Assembly: GCA_002269645.1 (NCBI GenBank)
Contig: NIVC01001677.1
Span: 62,001-126,000, forward strand
DNA length: 64,000 bases
From: Macrostomum lignano
Taxonomy: Eukaryota
Reading direction: 5' to 3'
Of this stretch, positions 63,836-64,000 are shown piece by piece (position 1 is the stretch's first letter; each line of letters starts with the position of its first letter). Made by a program: the position numbers and the translations under genes. The notes beneath the pieces were generated by a model. That model saw nothing but the letters and a program-made list of their open reading frames with translations, was not told the origin of the DNA and did no database searches.

Positions 63836-64000
63836 TGTGGCGCCGCTGGGTTGCGTCACTTTTGATGAGCTAACGATCTACGCATTTCTATTATTGACTG
63901 GCTCTATGAGTTTAATGTACAAGTACTGTACTCAGCATGGAGGCCTGCCACGAATGCCGCCTATTGCACTTTAATAAGATTTTGTTTTGTTACAATATAA
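63836..64000 (+). mobile_element. Probable start of the Gypsy 3' LTR
   Basis: Purine-rich gtgaggcgga followed by TGT at the end of the integrase frame. Confidence 0.45.

Overview
Eukaryotic, intron-rich animal DNA. The GC3-rich exons, introns packed with simple tandem arrays and TTAGGG-like tract resemble the flatworm Macrostomum lignano (inference). Exons were reconstructed by hand from GT-AG sites and reading-frame phase. Genes: an RGS-domain gene (+, 5' end not found); an orphan gene (-); a complete 13-exon ELAPOR1/2 (KIAA1324/EIG121) gene (-) head-to-head with an 8-exon Kizuna-like gene (+), whose introns hold an intronless caveolin (-) and an orphan ORF (+); and two divergently oriented class C GPCR paralogs. 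Mobile DNA: hAT-type MITEs, CORE-like tRNA SINEs, a foldback-type element and nested Gypsy/LTR remnants. Strongest leads: (1) the GPCR pair is a mosaic, with a diverged N-terminal ligand-binding region but near-identical exonic tracts over the rest; (2) almost every internal intron carries its own private minisatellite abutting a splice site; (3) one 39-bp array occurs as an in-register inverted pair around the last Kizuna exon. No CRISPR, rRNA or intact tRNA genes are supported. Most long ORFs in the supplied track are tandem-repeat artefacts.
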